Shown: positions 49,201-59,400 of the stretch, one piece after another
How positions within the stretch are numbered: the first letter of the stretch is position 1
Layout: each line of letters opens with the position of its first letter
Source of the DNA: Candidatus Micrarchaeota archaeon
GTDB lineage: Archaea; Micrarchaeota; Micrarchaeia; Anstonellales; Bilamarchaeaceae
Direction of reading: 5' to 3'
Assembly (NCBI GenBank): GCA_043821365.1
Contig: JBDRCX010000006.1
Location: 384,001 to 448,000, forward strand
Length of the DNA stretch: 64,000 nt
Notes under the pieces: generated by a model
Seen by the model: only the letters and a program-made list of their open reading frames with translations
The model's database searches: none
Told to the model about the DNA's origin: nothing
Position numbers and translations under genes: made by a program

Positions 49201-51096
49201 AAAAGTTTGTATTGCAGTTTGTGCAGTTGCAATTCTTGAACTCTGCATATATCTTTCTCCTTCTGTTGCTGCTGGCTGTGCAGTTAAATTGCTTAGATGT
49301 ACTCCCAATGTATCTGTGAATGTTTGGCTAAATGTAAGGAATTTAGGATCGCCTGCAATCGTTTCATACATTCTAACCATATCTGCCACTGGGTCATCAC
49401 TTTGAATAGCAATATACTGTCTCATAAATCTGACTGCCACGCTCTTTTTCAATGCTTGCCATTCATCACTTCCACGTGTTAATCCGCTGAATGCAGCAAG
49501 ACTGTCAGTTATTGCTTCAACTTGGGTTGTTAGAAGTATGTTTAATTGAGTTACTCGTTGTGCACGCAAATCAGCAGTACTTGTACCTGCAGCATCCTGT
49601 GCTCCAAGTGTTCTTAGGTCAGTATCCAATGTTTCAATAGCTGCAGGAACTGCTGTATTTGCCTGTCTTGTTGTCTCAAGAAGAGCATGCAATTTGTCTC
49701 TATCGATATTATGTTTTCTCATAAATGTTTTTGCAAAGACCCCAATTCTGGAATCCAATGCATAACTATCAACTTGACTAAGGTAACTTTCTAATCGTGG
49801 TATGAATATTCTCGCTCCAATCACTTCATAGAAACTTCCAGTACCTGCTATCAAATTGTTTATTCTTCTTGCTCTTATTGCAGTTACTTTTTCTATTTGT
49901 TCAAGTTCGTCTTCAGTTGGTATTTGGCTATTCAATATATCTAATTTTTTCTGGTTAGGACTTGCCTGAAGTTCGTCTCTCCATGTTTTAATATGTGCTG
50001 CAAGCATTTCTTCTGGTGTTGTTGCACCTGCTGCTGGCAATGTGATGCCTTTTTCCCGTAAGAATTCTTCAATATCGCTTACACGCGTTAAAAGATCATC
50101 AACAGTTATTACTTTCTTTGGAACAAGGCTAAGCATATATGCACTAGTTGCTGTTGTCAAACCAGTCCCATGTATTCTTGCAAGTGTTGTCATATCTGTT
50201 TGTGAAACTTGAAGCTGAGCCATAACTGGAAGTAAGTGTTCATTAAACAATTCGCCAACTTGTTCTGGAGTTAAATTTTCAACAGTGGTTTTTTTATCTG
50301 TTGCATAGCCAGTAAGTATGGCTGCTATTTTTGGATCTTGTGTATTTACTGCAGCAAAAAATTCCTTCATATACTCTGCAGGAAACACTCCCCCATTTCC
50401 AGTAACATCTGCATTTATTCTTCTCCATAAATCAACTGCTATTTCTTTTCTTGCTTCTCTTTCTCTTGCTCTTATAAGTCCAACAAAAAGGCTTGCATTT
50501 GTCTGTGCAGAAGCAAGTGTTTCTGGAGAACTTCCAATCAGATCTCCTCTTCCGGCAAGATTAACAATAGGTACAACAACATTGTCAAACATCGTTTCGT
50601 TGTACTCACTTTGCAATGCTTGTATCCCTGGGCGTCCTGCTTTTATCGCAGTATGAATTTTATCAAATATTACTATAAGTTGATCAAGATCTATTGTTCC
50701 TGTTATCTCACCAACTGATCTTATTATTGGTCCAGTTGGTTCTGGTCTTAATTGTGTTAAAAATTCCTGTCTAAGTAATTCAAGAAATGCAGGAGATCTG
50801 TCTTGTAAAATTTCTAAGACCCGTGCTTTTTTAGCAGGATCTCCTGTTAACATAAATTGTTTGAATGTAGTGATACCTTCTTCTGCCTTTCTTTTCAGTG
50901 CCGCTTCAGGCGGGGCGCGCCTTCTTTCTGCCATAGCAGTATTAACTCCAAAGTTGTTTATATTTATTCCGTTAAAGAAAGTAAAAGTTCCAAGTGCTAT
51001 TGCTGCAGCGAATTTTCCAAAAACAGCACGTTTTCTTCTTAATGAAGGTTCTCTTACCTCCCTCTGGTCTTCTCGAAATAATCTTGGCCCACCCAT
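46222..51096 (-). CDS. Giant exported protein (1624 aa): helical N-terminal half plus a predicted C-terminal transmembrane beta-barrel
   Basis: Signal-like RRKRAVFGKFAAAIALGTFTFF...TAMA. The last ~735 aa are amphipathic Gly/aromatic-rich strands ending ISGTLELKATF. Confidence 0.75.
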   Translation of the reverse strand: MGGPRLFREDQREVREPSLRRKRAVFGKFAAAIALGTFTFFNGININNFGVNTAMAERRRAPPEAALKRKAEEGITTFKQFMLTGDPAKKARVLEILQDRSPAFLELLRQEFLTQLRPEPTGPIIRSVGEITGTIDLDQLIVIFDKIHTAIKAGRPGIQALQSEYNETMFDNVVVPIVNLAGRGDLIGSSPETLASAQTNASLFVGLIRAREREARKEIAVDLWRRINADVTGNGGVFPAEYMKEFFAAVNTQDPKIAAILTGYATDKKTTVENLTPEQVGELFNEHLLPVMAQLQVSQTDMTTLARIHGTGLTTATSAYMLSLVPKKVITVDDLLTRVSDIEEFLREKGITLPAAGATTPEEMLAAHIKTWRDELQASPNQKKLDILNSQIPTEDELEQIEKVTAIRARRINNLIAGTGSFYEVIGARIFIPRLESYLSQVDSYALDSRIGVFAKTFMRKHNIDRDKLHALLETTRQANTAVPAAIETLDTDLRTLGAQDAAGTSTADLRAQRVTQLNILLTTQVEAITDSLAAFSGLTRGSDEWQALKKSVAVRFMRQYIAIQSDDPVADMVRMYETIAGDPKFLTFSQTFTDTLGVHLSNLTAQPAATEGERYMQSSRIATAQTAIQTFAGLPLQSKYALYQALQSKYKDLSTQFGNPEEMARVCSLIVGYSGLPAGYAALAYAKTTDTLLERYDEASIIAITKAITQYSQMFIVGDHYRLLQAYYEDLPKKLEKLFPDITAMQSDRREPTKDVRIRMPPEADYGEVMIPAAQMIIRVPKRIYETWTQKYGLTITQAPRIVDDPAASADLFRTMGVFFDESMVNVRTTIPFPWTRLPLLMNNLGFLAPDQFPDVGELIGMRIASTTEYEMHRVETDLGDAGRQSSETQQGSVEFTEEFTREGQVTTAKQRYEITAQTATDTEGVVSGEKKHVGYLELQQLRIAPEGSTPYNINTFTGDIQVIEEPPVVAQGEEAGTGTDPRVSAVGTYFSGMAPAGADTLIYFKRTQARDTVGTDGTVVPGDVALTAHLFQRFANGSFVEIDTVTLPKETAESLYWQTIERPMQRLYTGGRVQEGDVIAQLDGAFLFSGPFTGEPETEWEQFQGAGAAFQKAGWGGYVDYEETRGRRGAAAFGNFRPEDQSLWIGRISGDGFKYGDPQAGNKIYLEGQYIKVSRTEIKAFVGFSDREEDMAANDLQGVAIVNHALREPVLGYGHVGIGGGRLIRRSGDPTNQFVDDLSGGRLYGIQSDMLGGFVASGLYRKYSVQQGLAGTTPLGNLGIEDSSNPALDDAIDAQHPELTDQEVVSTPVGEQILIAAGFRRWLAAQHGLEVGALWDFTPNEGGGFVQYDWTPMGSTFTKMRLTAAVVHKKVGGDPLDSGGEHITLPIIGASTDWIANDQVRLKVDGYFPGLGEVKVFAPPVDTVFGGGYLDRVAYGAHLGFRIPLTLDRRLIMGILFSGSEDMYSDPSIQVSPTGEISTAQSGTWQLEAGIPLFYTFPLDPQRGMQLGNIYGWITGMYQEDEAIDAQAYQLELRGGAMFTDATTQVRADLLGRQYQQWLTTGSEMRTGVGTSVIISKRGFWGTWIDPYLQLNFNVDRVLQEVGPVTTEQLDISGTLELKATF

Positions 51097-51210
51097 TTGT
51101 TATCCTCTCTGATCCCCTTATAATTATCTGTGGGCAAAAGGATTAAAAGGTGTGTCACAACCTGAGGCTAATCATGTTCCTAGGATCTGAACCTCCTAAT
51201 CTAACAAAAA

Positions 51211-53409
51211 TCAAAAACCATCAATCAAAATTCGTGGAGGTTTCTCAGCTCTAATCCCTATGCTTTCTCCCCATTTTCCAATGTCTTCATTTGGATTTGT
51301 TTCTCTCCATCTATAAAGTGCCATTGCACTTAAAGTTAAAGTAAGATTTTGAGGATCAACTCTTATTTTCTGTGCATTACCAAGCCCAAGTTTTTCTTGT
51401 AATTTGGCGATATCTCCTCCAAGTCTGGTGCTGCCACCAACTCTTTCATTTAAAAATTCCTGAACTGCTTTTGCATATACTCTTAATGTTCTGCTATTTG
51501 TTTCATCTGTCATCTGTGTAATTTCTCCTCGTTTAGTGAAACTTCTATATTTTACTAACATAAATCTTTTGAATTCAGGATCTGCACAAAGTTCGTTGAA
51601 AGAACCTGCAAATGCTTTTTTATTATCTTGTGCAGATACAGTCTCTCTCATTTCAATTATTCTTGCAGGATTTCTTGCTGTAATTGCAGCTATCATCTCA
51701 TCTGCTTTTGTTTGCACTGGTTCTTCCATTCTTTCTAGTGGAATTTCTATTCTTGGTCTTCTATCTGCTATTCCAAATGCAACTTGTGCTATTTGTCTTG
51801 CTATTTCTTCTTTTCCTGCTTTGTTTGGGTGTAAATGGTCTCCTGAATCAAATTCAGGTTTTAATCTTCTTCCCTGAGCAAGAATTGAAAGATCAATAAC
51901 AGTTACTCCATCCTCTCTTTTGGCCAAAAGCCATTTGTTATATTCATCTGTTTTTTGTTGATTTCTTTGCGACCATGTTCCATAACCTTCCCATGGTGTA
52001 ACAGTAAGAAGTACTACTCTCAGTCCTGCGCCTTTTGCCATTGCTATCATTTCATCAATGTTTCCTTGTATTTCGTTTAGTGGCCTACCACCAGCAATAT
52101 CATTTACTACCCCACCCTGTATGACGACTGTGTATCCCTTGTCTATTATGTCTCTTTTAAATCTTCTTTTCATTTGATAAGTTCCTTCTCCGGAATGCGC
52201 AGTTGTTTCAACTACTGCATCAGAAGTTTGCGATCGTAATAATTTTTGTAGTTCTTTACCAAGTATTCCATCTGCTGCAGATGAACTTCCTATTATGCCA
52301 ACATAAACTGCTGGTCTTCTTGGTGATGGTTGTGCTTCTTCGATGGCAACTGGTGTTCTCCAGATTGGTATATCATCTGATCTTTTTGCTCTTCCACTTG
52401 TTGGGTGAGTGAGGTACCATCTTCTCATATGCAGTTGTGCAGCCATTATAGTATCACTATCAATTGGTCTTTCCATTGCTGTTTTTCTTGCCAGCGGTCT
52501 TGCTTCTATTATTGCTCTTACCTTTTCCAATTGGGTTATCTCTTGTCTATAGTTCTGATCCATCCCACCGAAATTTGTCAAGTAATATCTAATATACAAA
52601 TCAGCAGCTTGCAATATTTTTGCATCTGTTCTTTTGTCTATTCTTTTTCCAGATTCAATATGTTGTAATAAATTCCCAAGCTCTGGGTGAGTCTCTGCTT
52701 CCTGTGCTGCTGCAGTTGTCAAATAAAGTTCAAATGCAGGTATTTTTCTCAATTCACTAAAAAGTGCTACAGTTATTTCTTTTTGCGCTGTTGTTCTTGC
52801 TGTTCCTCTTTGTCCTTTTGCCAAGACTTTGTCAATAGCTGTTCTGTTTGTAAATAAAGTAGTTGTTGCTGTTTCTCTATCTGATGAAGTTATTTGTTTT
52901 AATATAAATCTTTGATTGATTGTTGGGCCTCTTATTCTAGTTCGTGAACTTGCTGTTCTCACAGGTTCAGCTCGCCTTTCTGGTTCTGTTCTAGTTGGCT
53001 GGGCGTCTTCTATAACTGGTTCTATTCTTACAGGTGGTTTGTCCCGTACCTCTGGTTCTACTCTAGGTACTGAACGTTCCTCGATAGGTGGGGTAAATAC
53101 TCTTGGTTCTACTCTTACTGGCTTATCTTCTGGTACTACAACTGGCTCTGTTCTCACAGGTTCAGCTACTTTTATTTGTGCTTTAAGTTGTTGTGCTAAT
53201 GTTGTTGTTGCTCTTATTGCAACTATTTCTGATTTTTTATCAGAGTCACTTGAATATGCTTTGAAAGCCTCTCCTAATACTCTGCTTATTTTTGCTTTTA
53301 CTGCATCATCGCTTTCTTCCCTAGTTATTCTTGTTGATGATGTGTAAACTGTACCATCAGAAAATTTTATTATTATGGCATTAGTCCCATTCAATCTAGC
53401 TGTTGCCAT
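51211..53409 (-). CDS. 732-aa protein with a central SGNH/GDSL hydrolase domain
   Basis: Blocks IIGSS (Ser), HSGEGT (Gly), GGVVND (Asn), DSGDHLHPN (Asp-His). N-terminal PxRxEP repeat region. Confidence 0.8.
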   Translation of the reverse strand: MATARLNGTNAIIIKFSDGTVYTSSTRITREESDDAVKAKISRVLGEAFKAYSSDSDKKSEIVAIRATTTLAQQLKAQIKVAEPVRTEPVVVPEDKPVRVEPRVFTPPIEERSVPRVEPEVRDKPPVRIEPVIEDAQPTRTEPERRAEPVRTASSRTRIRGPTINQRFILKQITSSDRETATTTLFTNRTAIDKVLAKGQRGTARTTAQKEITVALFSELRKIPAFELYLTTAAAQEAETHPELGNLLQHIESGKRIDKRTDAKILQAADLYIRYYLTNFGGMDQNYRQEITQLEKVRAIIEARPLARKTAMERPIDSDTIMAAQLHMRRWYLTHPTSGRAKRSDDIPIWRTPVAIEEAQPSPRRPAVYVGIIGSSSAADGILGKELQKLLRSQTSDAVVETTAHSGEGTYQMKRRFKRDIIDKGYTVVIQGGVVNDIAGGRPLNEIQGNIDEMIAMAKGAGLRVVLLTVTPWEGYGTWSQRNQQKTDEYNKWLLAKREDGVTVIDLSILAQGRRLKPEFDSGDHLHPNKAGKEEIARQIAQVAFGIADRRPRIEIPLERMEEPVQTKADEMIAAITARNPARIIEMRETVSAQDNKKAFAGSFNELCADPEFKRFMLVKYRSFTKRGEITQMTDETNSRTLRVYAKAVQEFLNERVGGSTRLGGDIAKLQEKLGLGNAQKIRVDPQNLTLTLSAMALYRWRETNPNEDIGKWGESIGIRAEKPPRILIDGF

Positions 53410-53413
53410 CTTA

Positions 53414-56400
53414 TCACTCCGCTCTCTGTCCTGCTCTTCTTGCAGCTGCTTTTATTCTACTTCCTAAAAATGCTGGAGACTTATCTTCATCCAATGTTAT
53501 CGTTAATTGTCCACCTTCAGCAAATGTGAGTTTTATTCCACCTCTTTCATAAAGTTGTTTATCCTGTGAAACTGTTTTTGCCCTCAATATCTCAGCATAA
53601 ATCTCCCTTGTAATTTCTCTAGTTGCATGTGCTAATGCGTCTGCATCTGAAACTCCAGGTGCTTTGTATCTCTGGATTAATGCAGCTATGTCTGGGTCTG
53701 CCTTTTGTCTTTCTGTTGAAGCTTCAATATCTTGTGCAATTTTAAGTCCTTCCATACTGTCCATGAAGCCTGTTAGTTCTTGATCACTTACTGTTGAGAC
53801 GTCTGTTCTTGGAGCTGCAGTTCTTACTGGTGTTAATGTTGCCCATTTTGGATAATGTCTTCTGAGTTCTTCCTCATCTCTTACTTGCTGGCTTGGTTTC
53901 TGTCCGCTTTGTTGTGCTCTATGTCTTCTAGCTGCTTCTGGAGTTCTTGGCACTCTCTCATTTGCCCTCATCAATTTTCTACTTTCAAACTGTCCCATTA
54001 AACTATCTAAATATGTTGTAAGTGCCTGTTGTTCTGTTGGAAGGCTGGATTTATTCAGTTCCAAATATCTGAGTACAGCAACTAAATTTATTCCATATCC
54101 AATATCTCTCTTCCCTTCAATCCAAGTCATGATCAAAGGATTTTTCTGAGCAAATGTTAACAGATCCCTGTGTTCAAGAATTTGTGGATCAATGTCACCG
54201 TAAGATGCTCGTAATATCCAACCTTCTCGTTGTGCTTCTGCCTTGAGGTTAAATGGAGGCAATTTTCCTCTTTCTCTTTCTGGTGTTCCATCAAATAATT
54301 GTTTTCTCTCTCTTGTTTTTGTTACAATCCACGTTGCAAATTCTGTAAGGTCACCATAAACTGCTTCGTTTGCATCAAGTGTTAAACTATCAAGAGCTCT
54401 TAGGGCATCTGGGTCACCTTTATAGAGTGTTAAGATTTCTCTTACTGTTGTTTCTAATGCAGGGTTTCTAGTCATTGCTTCTCTATCCAAATATCCAAGA
54501 ATAGCATTGTGTGACAATCCCCTTGTTTGCCCTTCTTGTTCTTCAGGTATTTCCAAAACCCAACCTTTTTCTCTTAAGAATACGTACATTCCTTCTTCTA
54601 AGGTTTGTTCGCCTTGCAATCCTGTTCTTATTCCAGCTATTACTCCTGGTTTTGATAATTCTATTATTGCATCTCTTGAATATACTACTGGTAGACTTCC
54701 GTTATGTACTAAATTCCAAAGAGCAACAAATGCATCCCTATCTTGATTTAGGAACATGTGGACTTTGTCACTGAATGCTCCTTCTGCGGTTGCACTAGTT
54801 GATAAACTTAAAAGGAATGATGCTTGCGTAACATCTCTTGGTGGTTTTTTACCACCTGAGGCCATCTCATTAAGTGATAGAAATTCTTCAACAACTACTG
54901 AAAGTTTTTTCTCATCAATTTCTGCTTTTAATCTTAGTCTTTCTATCACACCAGTTCCAGCCAACATGCTAGCTGCCATTTGTGCATTTCCGTATGGTAC
55001 TTTTCCACTTTTCATTAATGTCCACAATACATCGTAGACATCGGCATTTTGTGTGAAAACTTCAAACTCTCTTTGATGGTCAGTTACTCCACAATCATAA
55101 AGAAAGGAGCTTACTATTGCACTGCCAAAAGTGAAAGCATATCCTTTGTCAACCCAATCCCCTGTTTTTCTTAAGTCAACAAGATCCATCATCTCTAAAT
55201 CAATTCCAGTATCTCGTTTCTTTATTCTTGCTCTTCCTATAAGTTGATCATAGCTTATTCCCCATGGTTCTATTATTGCTCTTAGTTTTCCTTCATATTT
55301 TCTATCAGGATCATCGTTGCCATTTATTCTTGTAACATAATCATTTATGTCATCTATTTGTCCTGACATCTCTCTAACATCATCTAACACTCTGTCAACC
55401 ATGGCAGGGTGTATATACCCTCCCTCTCGTTGCATTGCTTCTTCTAAGTTTTGTGGTCTGCGTTCATCTCCTTTTGGATAAATATATGGGAGCATGTCTA
55501 CGAACATTCTAACATTTGGGTCTTTGATTATTGCCTTTGCATTGTCTTCTGATATGTCAACATCGAATTTTTCTTTTATCAGTCTTCTTCCTTCTGTAAT
55601 GGATTTTGTTTGGAATAAGCATTCTGATATTGTACCATAGGTCCATTCTATTGGCCCCTGCTCTGGATCACCTGTGATCTTTCTACCCCACCAATATTCC
55701 ATAAGTGCTACATCTGCTGCCCATAAGCCAAATTGAGCTACAACTAATGCTGTTCCCCATGCACGTTTTGACCCTTCAACTAATTCTCCTGATCGTATTG
55801 CATCTTCTCTGATTGCCATTCCTCTACGTCTGAGGGGACCCAATCTTCCTCCTCTGCCCCAACCTCTTACTGGTAAAATGTAATCTAATGCACTTATCAA
55901 TCCTGTTGGAACTCTTCCTTTGGCCCAATGCCAAGCATCAACACCTGCTGATCCATACTCTGGCACTGCTACTTCAGGGTTACTTCTATAATTTGTTAAT
56001 GCTTCAGCATATTTTCCTAGTGCATTAAAGTTGTCGCTAAATCCTCTCACTTCAGTTGCAAAATCAGCCAATTCACTGTCAATTCCTCTTATTTCTTCTA
56101 TTGCTTGTTCTACTTTTGTTCTTTGTTGTCTTGGATTTTTACTATTCCACTCTTCCAATGCTAGGTCAAGTTTTGCATCTGATAGTGCTTCCCTGTATGC
56201 TGCTTCTTTACGTCCTAGTGCTTCCATCACTGGTTCGCTTTTTAAAACACCAAGCAATATTTCATCTGCATTTCCACCTCTAGCAACTCTTTCAAGCACT
56301 CTTTGTTGTGCAACTTGTGCAGCTTGTGAATCTGCAGATAAATCTGCTATTGTTCTTTCAGTGTAGTATTGAAGTCCTCTTGCTTCTCCTTCAATAATAG

Positions 56401-59400
56401 GCTCTCTCATTTTTCCTTCAGTCAATAATCTTGCAAACATTTCTGCTTTTGCTGTTTCTCCAAATCTAGTTGCCAACATTCCTTCAGTTGCAACTAGTGG
56501 TTGGTTTCTAGCATCTTGTATCTGTTGAGTTGCTTCGTATATTGTTCTTTCTGCTCCTTCTAATCTTGTGTTATACCCTTCCAAAGTTTTCAATGGCTTT
56601 CTTATTGCTTTATCCCATGCAGTTCTTGCAGTTCCTAATGGAGCCACATCAATTCCTTGAGATCCAAGAGTTCCAAGATCTTCATGTACAGAACCCAATT
56701 CTCTCTGGATTCTTTGTAATGATTCTCCAATTCTTTGTGTTGTTCTAAGTAATTCTCTTGGACTTGTTCTTTGTAAGTTTGTCTCTCTTAAAAATGCAAT
56801 CTCATCTACCACAGTTCCAAGTCTTTCTTGTATATATCCTAGACTTGCATCAAGTGCTTCTATTCTTGCTATCTGGTTTGTTAGTTCTGCTGCACGGGGG
56901 TTTGTTGCATCCAATCCTCTAAGTTCTGTTCGCAATACCTCGATTTCACCATAGCTTTCACGCTCAGCTGTTAATGCACCATGCTGTTCAATTGCTGTTT
57001 CTACTGCTTTATCTGCCCCTCTCAAGTAACTTTCTCTTGGTGATGTTTCTGCACGTGCGAGTTTTGGTCTTAGTGTTTCTATCTGCCCCTCAACTTCCAC
57101 TCTTGTTCTTTGTGCACTAGCTTCTGCTGCTCGTGCTTGTTCAACCATCCTAATTACTGGGGCTTCTAATGTATCTAAAATAAGGCCAGTTTCTGTTTCT
57201 GTAAATAGTTTTCCTTCCTCTCTAACTCCTAATCTCCTATAATGTTCTTCCAATGTTGTTCCTGTTCTTCTTATTGTTTCTGCTGCAGTACCTTCTGAGC
57301 TTCTTATTGCTCTTTGAATGTCAACATTTCCTTCTGCTGCTTCTCTAAGTACGTTTCTAACATTCTCTCTAGCATACATCTTTTGCATGATTCTTGCCAA
57401 TTCTGTTCTTAAAGCTGATGGAACATCTCTGCTTGTTGATCTTTCGTAAAGTGTCCTGAATAATTCAACTACTCTCAAATTTGCTAGTTCAACTGCTTGT
57501 GCATCGGTAATATCCATTGTAACTCTTTCTGCAGATGGTCTGGCAGTGTCAAGTATTCTTTCAAGCCCCATGCTTGCTTCAGTTGCAAAATCTTGTGGTG
57601 CAGTTACTCCTTCTCTTGCTCTTACTTCTGCTTCTACTGCTCTTGCACTTCTTCCTTCTCTATAACCTCTATATGAATCAAGAACTCGTCCTGGCACATT
57701 CAACCTACTTCTTCCACCAGTTGGTGGTCTTACTTGGCCTCCACCATCTACAGGGCCTCCGCCTCCCGGTGGATCAGTACTTGCTCTTATTTGTGTTCTT
57801 GTAACTCCTTCTATTGGAGCTCCTCGTTCACCCATAGTCGGAGGCCTTCCCATCATTTGTATTGGTTCTCCACCAACTACTTGTAATTCATAAACTTCCA
57901 TTGCCTGAACTTCAACTTGTAAAATTTCTTTTGGAACAACTGCTTCCAAATCTGTAAGTGCTTTTCTAAATGCAGCTTCAGATGCAGGATTTAATCCTCT
58001 ATCATATGATAATCTTACAAAATCATTACTTACAAGTCTATCAACTATTCTTGCAACTTCTGGATTTTGCGATCGTATTTGTTCCAATCTTGCTGTTGCA
58101 AGTGCTTCTCCATGAACAAGGTCACCAACAAAATCACGTAGTGTAACTCCTCTTGTTGCAAGCCAATTTGCTGCTTCATATAATGGTCCTGTATTTCTTG
58201 GACCTGGTGTTGTCGGAGGTGGTCTTTCAAATCCTCTTATTGCTGCTCTCATTGCTTCTTCTGCTTGTAAAAATGTTACTGATGTGTCTGGTGCGCGAAG
58301 TGCTTCTGTCATTGCAGGATTTCTTGCTAAATCACCAAGAACAGTTCTAGCATGTTCTGGTATTCTAGCCATCATGCTTTCTTTTACAATTGGGTCAGCT
58401 CTTGTGTATGCTCTTAAAAATTCCAATAATTTTGCCGGGCTTCTTAACTCAGCAACTCTTGCAGCTTCAGGAACCCTTGTTGGTTCAATTTCAATTGCAG
58501 GTCTTTCTATTGCTGGTGCAAGTTCTTCTACAACTGCCTCAAGATCCACTGCTTTTGCTCTTGCAGTTTCAGCACTTCTTACTCTTGCTGCTCTATATCG
58601 TGCACCTCCCATATGCGCCCACGGGAAAAGTGCAACCATTCCAGTAAATACTGCTTCTTTGTACTGTCCACTTTGCCATGCTCTATAGGATTCATATCCC
58701 ATATACCCAGTCATTCCAATTCCAATTCCAACATTGGCCATAGTTATTGCTCTTGCTCTTCCTAACATTCTTGTTGCAGTGGCAAGCTGACCAAGTCTCT
58801 CTGCTTCTACTGCTCCTCTTCCAAGAGAACCAACCCAACTTCCAAGACCAACAGTTACAACTGTCAGTCCCATCATAGCCCAACTTGTTGCTGATACTGC
58901 TCCTTCAACATGGTATTCAGTATAAGCATGATCTGCCTGCTGTGCAAGTATCATCGGAATTCCAATTTCTGGTTGGAGTACTGTTACCCCTAATGCAACA
59001 ACTGTATAAGCTGCATTTCCTGCAAATCCAATTATCCCTGACCATTTTTCCATTTGTTCTACTATTACTTTAGCCTCTGCTAATTTTTGTTCTCCTAAAT
59101 CACTTTGTCCTGTTCTGTATGCTCCTGCAGCACTTAAACACGCCTCTCTTACTTGATCTTGCCTTCCTGCATAATCTTGATTAGCTATGCTTTGACTAGT
59201 GTTTCTTGCTGGAATGCTGAACATAGCTATATCTATCATTCTTGCTGCCTCAAGTCTCTTACCATGCATTTTTATTCTGTCAGTTCTTCCTGGAGTTTCA
59301 TCTCCAAATAATATTTCCCTCAGTGCCTGTTTGTGGATTAATAAATATTTGACATACTGATCATCTCTTCCAGCTACTATCTCTCTTCTTCTATCATTTA

